Positions 26,873 to 36,075 of a DNA stretch of 64,000 nt are shown here, in pieces. Position 1 is the first letter of the stretch. Every line of letters starts with the position of its first letter. Under the pieces are notes generated by a model that was given only the letters and a program-made list of their open reading frames with translations, did not search any database and was not told the origin of the DNA. The translations under genes were made by a program, and so were the position numbers. Origin of the DNA: Bacteroidota bacterium (GTDB lineage: Bacteria > Bacteroidota > Bacteroidia > AKYH767-A > OLB10); contig JAFDWZ010000030.1 of the NCBI GenBank assembly GCA_018268195.1, forward strand, positions 43,599 through 107,598, given 5' to 3'.

Positions 26873-26919
26873 GCAAAGATGCATAATTTGGAGGTACAAG
26901 AAAATATTACCCAATCAGG

Positions 26920-28359
26920 TTATTTATAAGCAGGGCAATGTCCGCCTTTACCTTTTTTGAACCGGATATTGTCGTAAATATCGCTCGTATATTTAAAACC
27001 AAAATAGAAATCCAGGCCATTCATTTCATACAATCCGGGCCACCAACCCAGATTATCGGTACCCAATACAATCCACTTATAACGCACTGCCAAACCTGCT
27101 CTGAAAAAATTATACTGATATAAAGATAAAGGCATACTTACCTCTACCCTTCTGGTTTCAAAACGCGGAGTGAGCGAAACCTGTGACGGACGAGTAACAC
27201 TTTTTTCAAAAATCTGAATGTTCTGAATGACGGTAAGGTTGAGATAAAATTTTGGCGTGATACTCCAATCAACCTGACCACTTACTGCAGCAGGAAGAAT
27301 AATGGTAAAACCTTTACCGGCCTGTGATCTCTCTGCATCGTTATACAAATGATAACTGAGTGCTGAGTCAACAGAAGCTATATTCTTAAAATGTGTTGTA
27401 TCAAAACCGGGCCACTGAGCCGTATTGTTGTTAAGTGCATAGTTGAGTGCATTCTCGGCATAATGAATAAACCCGATATCTATCAGTGAAAGGCCTAACC
27501 TCACATTATATTTTTTCAGCTTTACGCCCGACATTCCCGGTTTATAAGCCTGCCCTACGTAATTGTAAAAATGCTGTATTCCCAGATTGAATGATGCACC
27601 CATGCCTCTTGGGTGAAGGTAATTTTTTTCATTTTCGTAAGGAATAGCATGTCCGTAATTAATATCCTCTCCCTTTATCATCAACAACGATTGGTCAACA
27701 AAAGTATAATCCAGCATGGTAGAATTGAGATAAGCACCACTCATGCCTAATAGAAAATTAAGGGTGGCACCTCCTGTAGTTATGTTTTGCTGCTTCTTAC
27801 GAATAGTCTTTGCAATGGTGAATCCGCCTTCTGCATAAACCAAAGCCCCGGCTTCAAAAGCTGTGGACTTCCAAGGGATTTTTTGTTGTGGAGTATAATC
27901 AGAACCTTCCCAGAAAAATTTTGCCAAATGATAAGGCACATTGGTTGCACTAATCTGACTACGCATAGAAAAATGTATCCCATACGCTATATCATCATTA
28001 CGCCAAACTGCTGAAGGCCCCTTGAGCAATAACGATGCATAAGCATTCTTGGGCTTTTTATTATAATGGTCGCTGAAATCTTCATGCTTAAAAGGAGCAA
28101 GCCTTGCAAACTTACCTGTAGGAATTTGCGAAGCCGGAAAATAAATGTAGTCGTTCTGAAAAAATATATCACCTGAAAGCACATTAAATTCAAAACGATA
28201 AGGCATCATTGCTATAGAAGCCGGATTCATTTCAATACCCATATTACCGGCAAAGTTGCTATGAGCAATTCCGTTCATCTCCTGCCCATAAACATTTCGT
28301 TCTGCAAAAAATAAAATAATGACAGCAATGATTTGAATGAATTTGTACTTAACGGTCAT
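26920..28359 (-). CDS. Hypothetical outer-membrane protein (FadL/PorV-like or DUF5723-like barrel, tentative)
   Basis: 479 aa with a signal peptide ending VYGQ. The N-terminal motif HSNFAGNMGIEMNPASIA is followed by a long amphipathic beta-strand pattern. Confidence 0.6.
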   Translation of the reverse strand: MTVKYKFIQIIAVIILFFAERNVYGQEMNGIAHSNFAGNMGIEMNPASIAMMPYRFEFNVLSGDIFFQNDYIYFPASQIPTGKFARLAPFKHEDFSDHYNKKPKNAYASLLLKGPSAVWRNDDIAYGIHFSMRSQISATNVPYHLAKFFWEGSDYTPQQKIPWKSTAFEAGALVYAEGGFTIAKTIRKKQQNITTGGATLNFLLGMSGAYLNSTMLDYTFVDQSLLMIKGEDINYGHAIPYENEKNYLHPRGMGASFNLGIQHFYNYVGQAYKPGMSGVKLKKYNVRLGLSLIDIGFIHYAENALNYALNNNTAQWPGFDTTHFKNIASVDSALSYHLYNDAERSQAGKGFTIILPAAVSGQVDWSITPKFYLNLTVIQNIQIFEKSVTRPSQVSLTPRFETRRVEVSMPLSLYQYNFFRAGLAVRYKWIVLGTDNLGWWPGLYEMNGLDFYFGFKYTSDIYDNIRFKKGKGGHCPAYK

Positions 28360-28514
28360 TTTCCGGGTTACAATATTGAAGATAACAATCAGATGAAATG
28401 CTATGTTTTAAAAAAGAGCGGCAAAATTAAATTATCGGAATTACGGATAATGTATTATTTATTAACGAATTGTTAACCTTCATATTATTTCACAATTTAA
28501 TGCATTTTTGCACG

Positions 28515-28979
28515 ATGAAATTCAAACAGGTTACCATACTATTGATTTGTTCCGTAATGATGCTGCAGGCATGTACATCTCAAAAGGAAGAAAAATCCCT
28601 TAATAATCTGGACTGGCTGATAGGCACATGGCAGGGAGAATCGCGTACCGGAAATATTTACTTTGAAGAATGGAATAAAAAGGATTCCTCTGTATTTGTA
28701 AATCAGAATTACCATTTTGAAAATAACGTGAGGGTAAACGGAGGTTCGTCCAGAATAGTGTTGGAAGGCAATGACATCTATTACATCAACGACACCAAAG
28801 GCGAGCAGCCTTTACGCTGGAAGGCCATAGAAGTACATCCTGCTTCGGTGACTTTCAGCAACGACTCAATAAAACCTTATAACCATATCACTTTTGCATT
28901 GTCGCCTCAAAATACATGGGACGCCTTGCTTACGGGTGCCAAGGACAGTGTCACTTATTCCCTGAAAAGAATTCGTTGA
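28515..28979 (+). CDS. Hypothetical lipoprotein (lipocalin-like, tentative)
   Basis: Lipobox MKFKQVTILLICSVMMLQAC, then LDWLIGTWQGES...YFEEWNKKD. The start is moved to the Met carrying the signal peptide (ORF track 28470 is a TTG). Confidence 0.65.
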   Translation: MKFKQVTILLICSVMMLQACTSQKEEKSLNNLDWLIGTWQGESRTGNIYFEEWNKKDSSVFVNQNYHFENNVRVNGGSSRIVLEGNDIYYINDTKGEQPLRWKAIEVHPASVTFSNDSIKPYNHITFALSPQNTWDALLTGAKDSVTYSLKRIR

Positions 28980-29077
28980 ATGCGAGAATAATAAGATTAT
29001 TAACCAATTGATAAAGATAACCTGCTTTTCTGCATTTTTGCATCTCTAATTATTTATAGCTCAATATTATATTTTTT

Positions 29078-31306
29078 ATGAAAAGATTTTTCAGTTTGCT
29101 GATGATGATAAGTTTAATAACATCGGTAAAATCATCCGCACAAAGCTGTTTTACGATTAACAGCATATTAGTAGATGCCTGCGGTAATCCGGAAGGAGAA
29201 AATGAGATGGTACGTTTTACCGTTGGATCAAGCCCATTACCAATCAATTTACTCACCGTTACCTGGCCTACCACTACACTTAATTTTCTGGGTATTTGTC
29301 AGAATGCCAATACTGCGCAAAAGGTTTCTGAACTGAATTCCAATATTCAGTCTTGTGGCTATATTCTTGAGCCTTCTAACGGAACTCTTCCTGCAAACAG
29401 CAAGGTGATTTTGGTAACCAGTGAAAACATGAATACCACTTTCAACTCCTTTGCCAACCTTACCGATACCATTTATATGATTTTTCAGTGTGCAGGTAAC
29501 ACGCAAGGACATTTCAGAAATTACTCGGCCACGGTTACAACACCACGAACACTCACAATGAACTTTAATCCGATATGCAGCCAATCGGTGTCTTACTTTC
29601 CAAATCAATTGGTAAATCAGTTTGGGCAATTGGATACTGCATTTCAGGATGGTTCAAGCGTTGCGTTTGACGCATCAGGAAATGCCACCTATTACAACAA
29701 CGGATGTCAGGCTCCTATTATCACGCTTTCTGCAAATCTGCAAGCTGCTTCAACAACACTTTGTGCGGGCGATACAGTTACATTAACAGCCGGCAACCTT
29801 TCGGGAAATTATACAGGTTACTTCTGGCAAGGCGGAAATGGAAATATAAACACACCGAATAATCTGAGTACCGTTTATGTTTCATCGCCAAATTATACCG
29901 GAGTTGACACCTTAATTTTTTCTATGATCGGTCAATGCAACGATACCATTTCTCATTATTTATATCTGAACATTCAAAACGGGCAAGCTGCATCTATAAC
30001 AGGCCCTACTACATTATGTTCGGGTGACACTATTTTACTTACTGCATCATCGGGTTCAGGATATTTATGGTCTAATGGTGCTACTACACCATCCATCCAA
30101 GTATCTCTGCCCGGAACTTATACGGTAACAGTTAGTGGTACGTGTGGCAGCCCTTCAGCAAGTGTAACCATCACATCGGGAAGCGCACCATCTATATCAG
30201 TGACTCCCGGTCCTTCGATTACCATCTGCAATGGCCAGTCGGCAACTTTAACAGCATCAGGAGGCGCCAATTATGTTTGGTCAACAGGACAAACTTCGGC
30301 CTCTATCAGTGTTACTGCTGCGGGCACTTACACCGTAGTATCTTCCAACAGTTGTGGTTCCGATTCGGCAAGTGTTACAGTAACGGTAACCAATACGCCC
30401 TCTGTAAATATCACTGCTTCGAGTCAGACATTATGCCCCGGAGCCAGTGCCACACTTAATGCTTCAGGAGCATCCACTTATTTGTGGTCTAACGGCCAGA
30501 CAACAAGCAGCATCACTGTTAACGCACCGGGCATTTACACCGTTACGGGAACAAGCACCTGCGGAACAGCGTCAGCCACACAAACCATCACTGCAGGAAG
30601 TGCACCGGTAGCACAGATAACATCGCCATCGTCCATTATATGTCCAGGAAATTCCCTTACGCTTACTGCAACAGGTGGTGATAATTATACTTGGAGTACA
30701 GGAGTAACAGGTGCTCAAGCTACTGTATCGCAAGCCGGACAATATTTTGTTTATGCTACAAATGCCTGTGGCAGCGACACTGCTAATTTTACGGTAACAC
30801 AAAGCCCCATTTTTGCAAACTTTGTTCCTGATGTTACTTCAGGTATGGCGCCACTCACCGTAAACTTCAATAACACAAGTACAGCATTTACTTCGAGCAG
30901 CTGGAATTTTGGTGACGGAGCAACATCCGATACCATGAATCCGCAACATAATTTTACCTTTGGAGGTAATTTTACCGTATGGCTCACCATAGCTGATGTA
31001 AATGGTTGCCTTGATAGCGTATCGGCAAATATTATTGTTGAAGATAATCAGTTGTTTATCCCCAATGCAATAACTCCAAACAATGATGGCAAGAATGATG
31101 TATTCACTTTTAACAGTACATCCATAAAGAGTGCAACGGTAACTATATACAACCGTTGGGGTAATAAAGTAACCTCTTACACCAACTGGGTAAGCGGATG
31201 GAATGCCTCATCAGTGATGGCAGGAGTTTACTACTATGTGATAGAGATAGAACAACACAACGGAGAGAAAAAGACTTTACACGGAGCATTGAATGTGATA
31301 AAATAA
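29078..31306 (+). CDS. T9SS type-B cargo: LTD-like N-terminal domain, Ig-like repeats, PKD domain, gliding-motility-associated C-terminal domain
   Basis: 742 aa with a signal peptide. The N-terminus, CFTINSILVDACGNPEGENEMVRFTVG, resembles a lamin-tail domain. Four to five ~60-aa units follow the pattern C.G....LTA.GG..Y.WS.G.T...I.V...G.Y.V.....CG. The PKD module reads APLTVNFNNTS...WNFGDGATS. The type-B CTD reads LFIPNAITPNNDGKNDVFTF...IYNRWGNKV...GVYYYVIE. Confidence 0.85.
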   Translation: MKRFFSLLMMISLITSVKSSAQSCFTINSILVDACGNPEGENEMVRFTVGSSPLPINLLTVTWPTTTLNFLGICQNANTAQKVSELNSNIQSCGYILEPSNGTLPANSKVILVTSENMNTTFNSFANLTDTIYMIFQCAGNTQGHFRNYSATVTTPRTLTMNFNPICSQSVSYFPNQLVNQFGQLDTAFQDGSSVAFDASGNATYYNNGCQAPIITLSANLQAASTTLCAGDTVTLTAGNLSGNYTGYFWQGGNGNINTPNNLSTVYVSSPNYTGVDTLIFSMIGQCNDTISHYLYLNIQNGQAASITGPTTLCSGDTILLTASSGSGYLWSNGATTPSIQVSLPGTYTVTVSGTCGSPSASVTITSGSAPSISVTPGPSITICNGQSATLTASGGANYVWSTGQTSASISVTAAGTYTVVSSNSCGSDSASVTVTVTNTPSVNITASSQTLCPGASATLNASGASTYLWSNGQTTSSITVNAPGIYTVTGTSTCGTASATQTITAGSAPVAQITSPSSIICPGNSLTLTATGGDNYTWSTGVTGAQATVSQAGQYFVYATNACGSDTANFTVTQSPIFANFVPDVTSGMAPLTVNFNNTSTAFTSSSWNFGDGATSDTMNPQHNFTFGGNFTVWLTIADVNGCLDSVSANIIVEDNQLFIPNAITPNNDGKNDVFTFNSTSIKSATVTIYNRWGNKVTSYTNWVSGWNASSVMAGVYYYVIEIEQHNGEKKTLHGALNVIK

Positions 31307-31329
31307 TTCAAATTCAATGAAACAAAAAA

Positions 31330-31355
31330 GGCAACATTTACATGTTGCCTTTTTT
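31330..31355. terminator. Bidirectional rho-independent terminator
   Basis: 8-bp stem GGCAACAT / ATGTTGCC with loop TTAC, flanked by A6 upstream and T6 downstream. It lies between convergent genes. Confidence 0.8.
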
Positions 31356-31370
31356 GTTGTTCACCCTTCC

Positions 31371-32534
31371 TCAGAGGAAGTTGATTCTGTTCATGAACAC
31401 TTCTTTGTAGCTTTTACCTACAGGAATTGTCTTTTCTTTAATCACAACAGCACCTTCATCCATAGCACTGATTTTGTCCAGAGCGATAATGTATGAGCGA
31501 TGTACTCGCATAAATTTATCAGAAGGAAGTTTGGTTTCAATATCTTTCATAGTAGCATGGATGACAAACTGATCTTCCTTAGTCTGGATGATGACATAAT
31601 TATCCATAGCCTGCAACCAATAAATATTTTCCAAAAAAACTTTTACGAGCATGGTACCTCTCTTGACGAAAAACGAATTCTGGATAATCTGATTTTCCAG
31701 CGGACTTGCAGGAGTTTCCGATGATTTTACTTCTGCAGGTTTAGGTGATACCGGCTCAGGTTTTTCACTACGTGATGGTTGCCCTGATTTGGCAATAACA
31801 AATGCATAGCCCAGTAAATGGTCTTTTTCATCGCGTATTGGCGAGCAGGTAAATCCGGCCTTGATAGTTGAGTAATCACGAAGAATAGTGATGATACTAT
31901 CCGGAATATTCAGCACATCTCCTTGTTTCATGTGTTTTAAAAGTGAATCGGCATTTACAATTTCGTATTCATCACTTTCAAGTTTAATCAATTTAAAAAG
32001 ACTCATGCCCTGAGCACTTGCATTGCCAAACCCAGTAATGGTTTCAGCTTTAGGATTCAGGAAAGATATGCGGCATTCCATATCGGTAACCAAAATGGCA
32101 TCCTCAATATTGGTGAGCGCGTTGGCATAACGTTTTTCATTTTCGCGACTTTGGAGGTCTTTTTTAAATTTATATAAAGCCATCTCAACGGTTGTCTGCA
32201 AATCAGATTCATTAAAAGGTTTAACCAGATAACCATAAGGCTCCGTTACTTTGGCTCTGTCAAGAGTGCTTTTATCAACGAAAGAAGTAAGAAAAATTAC
32301 AGGTATGTCATACTTCTGACGGATATGTTCGGCCACGTGAATACCATCCTGTTCGCCTTTCAGTTTAATGTCGAGAAAAACCAAATCAGGTTCGTACTCT
32401 TCCAGTTTTACATAAGCATTGGTTGCCGATGAAGCAGTTGCAGGAACATCATAACCCAGCCTTATTAGCGTTTGCTGAATATCTTTTGCAACGATACTTT
32501 CATCTTCAACTACCAGAATTTTTACTTTATCCAT
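31371..32534 (-). CDS. Response regulator with REC-PAS-LytTR architecture
   Basis: The REC domain reads KILVVEDESIVAKDI...LVFLDIKLKGEQDG...VIFLTSF...GYLVKPF. The central PAS-like region reads IEDAILVTDMECRISFLNPKAETITGF. A Pro/Ser/Glu linker follows. The LytTR domain reads IYWLQAMDNYVIIQTKEDQFVIHATM...FMRVHRSYIIALDKI. Confidence 0.85.
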   Translation of the reverse strand: MDKVKILVVEDESIVAKDIQQTLIRLGYDVPATASSATNAYVKLEEYEPDLVFLDIKLKGEQDGIHVAEHIRQKYDIPVIFLTSFVDKSTLDRAKVTEPYGYLVKPFNESDLQTTVEMALYKFKKDLQSRENEKRYANALTNIEDAILVTDMECRISFLNPKAETITGFGNASAQGMSLFKLIKLESDEYEIVNADSLLKHMKQGDVLNIPDSIITILRDYSTIKAGFTCSPIRDEKDHLLGYAFVIAKSGQPSRSEKPEPVSPKPAEVKSSETPASPLENQIIQNSFFVKRGTMLVKVFLENIYWLQAMDNYVIIQTKEDQFVIHATMKDIETKLPSDKFMRVHRSYIIALDKISAMDEGAVVIKEKTIPVGKSYKEVFMNRINFL

Positions 32535-32555
32535 GATGACTTGTTTTTATTAAGG

Positions 32556-35500
32556 TTAAAATTCAATTCGTAATTCGAATCCATTATTATGGTCAATATA
32601 CAATTTACCGTCTATTTGATCTGTCAGCACATTCACCAACTGAATTCCTAATGATTCTGAATTGCTAAAATCAATATTGTCGGGCAATCCAATTCCATTA
32701 TCAGAAATTATCAGAACATGTTTGTCAGATTCATTCATTTTAAAAGTTACTTTAATTACACCGTTCCTGTCGGGGAAAGCATGTTTAATAGCATTGCTTA
32801 CCAGTTCATTTATAATTAAACCGCAAGGTACTGCCGTATCAATGTCCAAAGATATTTTATCTGCATCAATTACCAAGCTTATTTTATTTTTATCTGCCCT
32901 TTGCGACTGAAAAATAGTGTCGCAAAGCCTTTTTATATAATCATCAAAATCAATACGTGAAGTACCATCACTCTGATAGAAACGGTCGTGAATGAGCGCC
33001 ATGGAGCGAATGCGGTCCTGCCCTTCCCTGATTACTTTATTGGATTCTTTATCGTGAATAAATGCGCTCTGCAGATTAAACAGGCTGACAATTATCTGAA
33101 GGTTATTTTTCACACGATGATGTATTTCCTTCAGTAATATATTTTTTTCTTCGAGCGACTCACGAATCTGTTGTTCCATATTTTTTCGCAAAGTGATATC
33201 GGCATCAATCACCACAATATTCTGCAACTCACCGGCATTGGAATACACAGGAGTTACTGTGCTTGATGTCCAGAGAACCGTTCCATCTTTTCGCGTAGTG
33301 CGTGATTCATACATTACCGATTTTTTTTCTTCGAGACAATCTTGAATAATTTCATGGATACTTTCATTAAATGAAATCTGCTGGAGTTTATTGCCTTTCA
33401 AGCCTATAATCTCGCCCTTGGTGTAACCGGTCATCTTCTGAAAACTTTCATTTACATATTCCAGGTTGAAATTTTTATCGAATATCAAAACGGCATTTCC
33501 GGTTTCGCTGGCTACAATAGAAAGTTTTGCCAATTCCTCATTTTTTTCTCTTAGCTGAGCCGTACGTTCATTAACTTTTTGACGTAGTTTCAGTTGTGCA
33601 ATTCTGAGGCTTCTGGTTCTCAGTTTCATGATTAACCAAATCAGCACAACGAAGGTTATGATGTATACGAAATAAAAAAAGTTAGTTCGCCACAAAGGGG
33701 CTTTTACGCTGAAGTTATATTCCAGCGAGGGGCTCCAGTCTCTGTCATTCACAGATGCCTGAACCAAAAAGGTATAATTGCCCGGTGGAATGTTGGAATA
33801 GTTGGCTACATTGAAAGGTGTTGACGGCACCCAGTAATCATCAAATCCATTCAGTTTCCAGCGATACTTTAGTTCTCCGGGTGCAGCAAAATAAATTCCG
33901 GTGAAATGAAAATTCAAGTTGTTATAACCATAAGGGAACAAAGGCTTTACAGGTAAGCCAGATGTACTGTCAATGGTGTAACCTTGCTCAGCCCAGTTTA
34001 CTTTTCGCATGTAAGCGGTAATAGATTGCATCAGCATAATAGGAGTAACACTTTTGCTGTAGCCATAACCGGGATTGTAACGAATTGCACCGTTTACAGA
34101 GGCAAACCACAGATAACCATTTCTGTCATAAGTGGAGGAACTTGTTTCCACTCCAAAATAGCCATTACTTTTATCGAAGTGAATAATATTCACAAACTCT
34201 CTTTTCAGGTAAGTATTCCAGTCTATTCTATCAACACCGTCAGGAGTACCAAGCCAAAGATAATTTTGATCTGCTGCCATACATAGCACACGATTGTTAA
34301 TCAATCCGCTTTTTTTATCGAGATGGCGAAACGCCATTTTTTTATTCGTCTTCGAAAAAAGAGAAATACCGAAGTCATAATTAGAGAACAGTATATTCTG
34401 ATCGGCATCCTGAGTAATGGCAGTTACGGGTGTTTTATTAATTGCCAGCAGGTCGTTTAATGAAATGGCCTTATCATTGTGCATAAAATAAAGCCCTTGC
34501 ATGGTACCTACCCACACCAAACCCTGCCTGTCCTGAAAAATACATCTGACATTGTCATTATCAAGACCGTTTAGCCTATTAATGATAGTAAATTGGCTCT
34601 TTTCATATTTATAAATACCTCTGTCTGTTCCGAACCAAATGCTGCCATCACTATGTGCGAGGATGGTATAAATAATTTTATTGTTAAGTATTTCAAAAGG
34701 GTAATTCAGTTGCTGCAAATCAGCTGAAAGAACTACAGGGCCAGCAGATGTTCCCAACCAGATGTTTCCCTCCTGATCTTGTGCAATAGTCCAGATGGTA
34801 GATTTATCTAATGGAGAAGCAACGGGGATAGATTTTACTACATTGTTCTCTATATAATTTACCCCGCCATTTACAATACCTATCCATACACGATTGGATT
34901 TATCGCAAAATGTTGATAGTAATCTGTTGTCATTAAGACCATCTTCAGAGGAAAAAGTCACAAATCTGCCTCCTGAATAGCGACACAAACCTTTAGTAGT
35001 GCCTATCCAAATATTGCCCTCATTATCTTCTTCCATACACTGCACATTATTATCGAGCAATCCTTCATCTGCCGTAAGCGTAAAAAATGCGCCATGATCT
35101 AGCTGACAAATACCATTTCCATAAGTTGAAAACCAGAGGTTCTTTTTATAATCTGTAATGATAGAGGTTACCTTTTCAATATTCACTCCATAGCTAATGT
35201 TCATTTCGGTAATTTTATTCGCATGAACAATCCCTATACCATCATTGGTTCCAATCAGAATATTACCGTTTTCTGTTTCCTTTATGCAATAAACAATACT
35301 TCCGGGCAATCCCTGATTCAGTGTAAAGTTTATAAAACCTGTAGTACTACTATAGCAACTCAATCCATTGGTAGTACCTATCCATAAAACACCTTTAGAA
35401 TCAACCGTCAGGCAGGTAACTTCGTTACTCACCAATCCTTTTAAGATGGTATAACTTGTGAATTTTTCACCATCAAAACGGTTTAGTCCTTCTGTGGTAC

Positions 35501-35939
35501 CAATCCAGTAATCGCCTTTCTTATCTTGCGTGATTGCATTTACATTGTTGCTCAGTAACCCATCGTTTATGGTGTAATATTTTTTCTTCAGCCCGTTAAA
35601 AACTCCCACACCACTGCGTGTAATTGCCATCCACAGGTTTCCATTCTTATCTTCATAAATTGATTTTACAGGGTTGGATGCAGCAGGGTTGTCCTGTTCA
35701 AATCTGTAAAAACGCTGCCCATCAAACCAGCATGCACCATTCATGGTTGCAATCCATAAACGTCCGTATTTATCCTGATGCACATAGTTGACATGATTGC
35801 TCGGCAAGCCATCAGCAAGCGTATAACCTGTGAAATTATAGCGTTGAGCAAATGTCGCAGTCGAACACAATTGTATCCATACCATTAATGGCAGTAATTT
35901 AATACTCTTTAGAAATGCAAAACGGATAAATGATTTCAC
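32556..35939 (-). CDS. Sensor histidine kinase with periplasmic two-component-regulator propeller/Y_Y_Y domain, PAS and HisKA_2-type core
   Basis: 1127 aa with many Reg_prop repeats (LWIATMNGACWFDG, YWIGTTEGLNRFDG, LWIGTTNGLSCY and similar). The Y_Y_Y-like motif is YRWKLNGFDDYWVPS...PGNYTFLV. One TM, a coiled coil and a PAS domain follow. The phospho-acceptor motif is HHRVKNNLQII and the HATPase motif is ELVSNAIKHAF...DNGIGLP. Confidence 0.88.
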   Translation of the reverse strand: MKSFIRFAFLKSIKLLPLMVWIQLCSTATFAQRYNFTGYTLADGLPSNHVNYVHQDKYGRLWIATMNGACWFDGQRFYRFEQDNPAASNPVKSIYEDKNGNLWMAITRSGVGVFNGLKKKYYTINDGLLSNNVNAITQDKKGDYWIGTTEGLNRFDGEKFTSYTILKGLVSNEVTCLTVDSKGVLWIGTTNGLSCYSSTTGFINFTLNQGLPGSIVYCIKETENGNILIGTNDGIGIVHANKITEMNISYGVNIEKVTSIITDYKKNLWFSTYGNGICQLDHGAFFTLTADEGLLDNNVQCMEEDNEGNIWIGTTKGLCRYSGGRFVTFSSEDGLNDNRLLSTFCDKSNRVWIGIVNGGVNYIENNVVKSIPVASPLDKSTIWTIAQDQEGNIWLGTSAGPVVLSADLQQLNYPFEILNNKIIYTILAHSDGSIWFGTDRGIYKYEKSQFTIINRLNGLDNDNVRCIFQDRQGLVWVGTMQGLYFMHNDKAISLNDLLAINKTPVTAITQDADQNILFSNYDFGISLFSKTNKKMAFRHLDKKSGLINNRVLCMAADQNYLWLGTPDGVDRIDWNTYLKREFVNIIHFDKSNGYFGVETSSSTYDRNGYLWFASVNGAIRYNPGYGYSKSVTPIMLMQSITAYMRKVNWAEQGYTIDSTSGLPVKPLFPYGYNNLNFHFTGIYFAAPGELKYRWKLNGFDDYWVPSTPFNVANYSNIPPGNYTFLVQASVNDRDWSPSLEYNFSVKAPLWRTNFFYFVYIITFVVLIWLIMKLRTRSLRIAQLKLRQKVNERTAQLREKNEELAKLSIVASETGNAVLIFDKNFNLEYVNESFQKMTGYTKGEIIGLKGNKLQQISFNESIHEIIQDCLEEKKSVMYESRTTRKDGTVLWTSSTVTPVYSNAGELQNIVVIDADITLRKNMEQQIRESLEEKNILLKEIHHRVKNNLQIIVSLFNLQSAFIHDKESNKVIREGQDRIRSMALIHDRFYQSDGTSRIDFDDYIKRLCDTIFQSQRADKNKISLVIDADKISLDIDTAVPCGLIINELVSNAIKHAFPDRNGVIKVTFKMNESDKHVLIISDNGIGLPDNIDFSNSESLGIQLVNVLTDQIDGKLYIDHNNGFELRIEF

Positions 35940-36075
35940 TGACGACTTATGCTGAATACCCTCTGTTGTTTTACTTATTTTTAGAAAGGTTGTTACAAAA
36001 ATAGTTTATTAAATTTATGATCATTATTTCTCATTTTTTATTGTTTAATCCCACTTCTTTGAAACCACCAATGAT

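Noticed and set aside
28501-29042. An identical near-palindromic 12-mer, TGCATTTTTGCA, at 28501-28512 and 29031-29042, upstream of two consecutive plus-strand genes.
   Set aside because: Many identical 12-mer pairs are expected by chance in 64 kb of AT-rich DNA. The first copy ends only 2 nt before the ATG, an odd place for a -7 box. It might be an operator, but I cannot support that from sequence alone.
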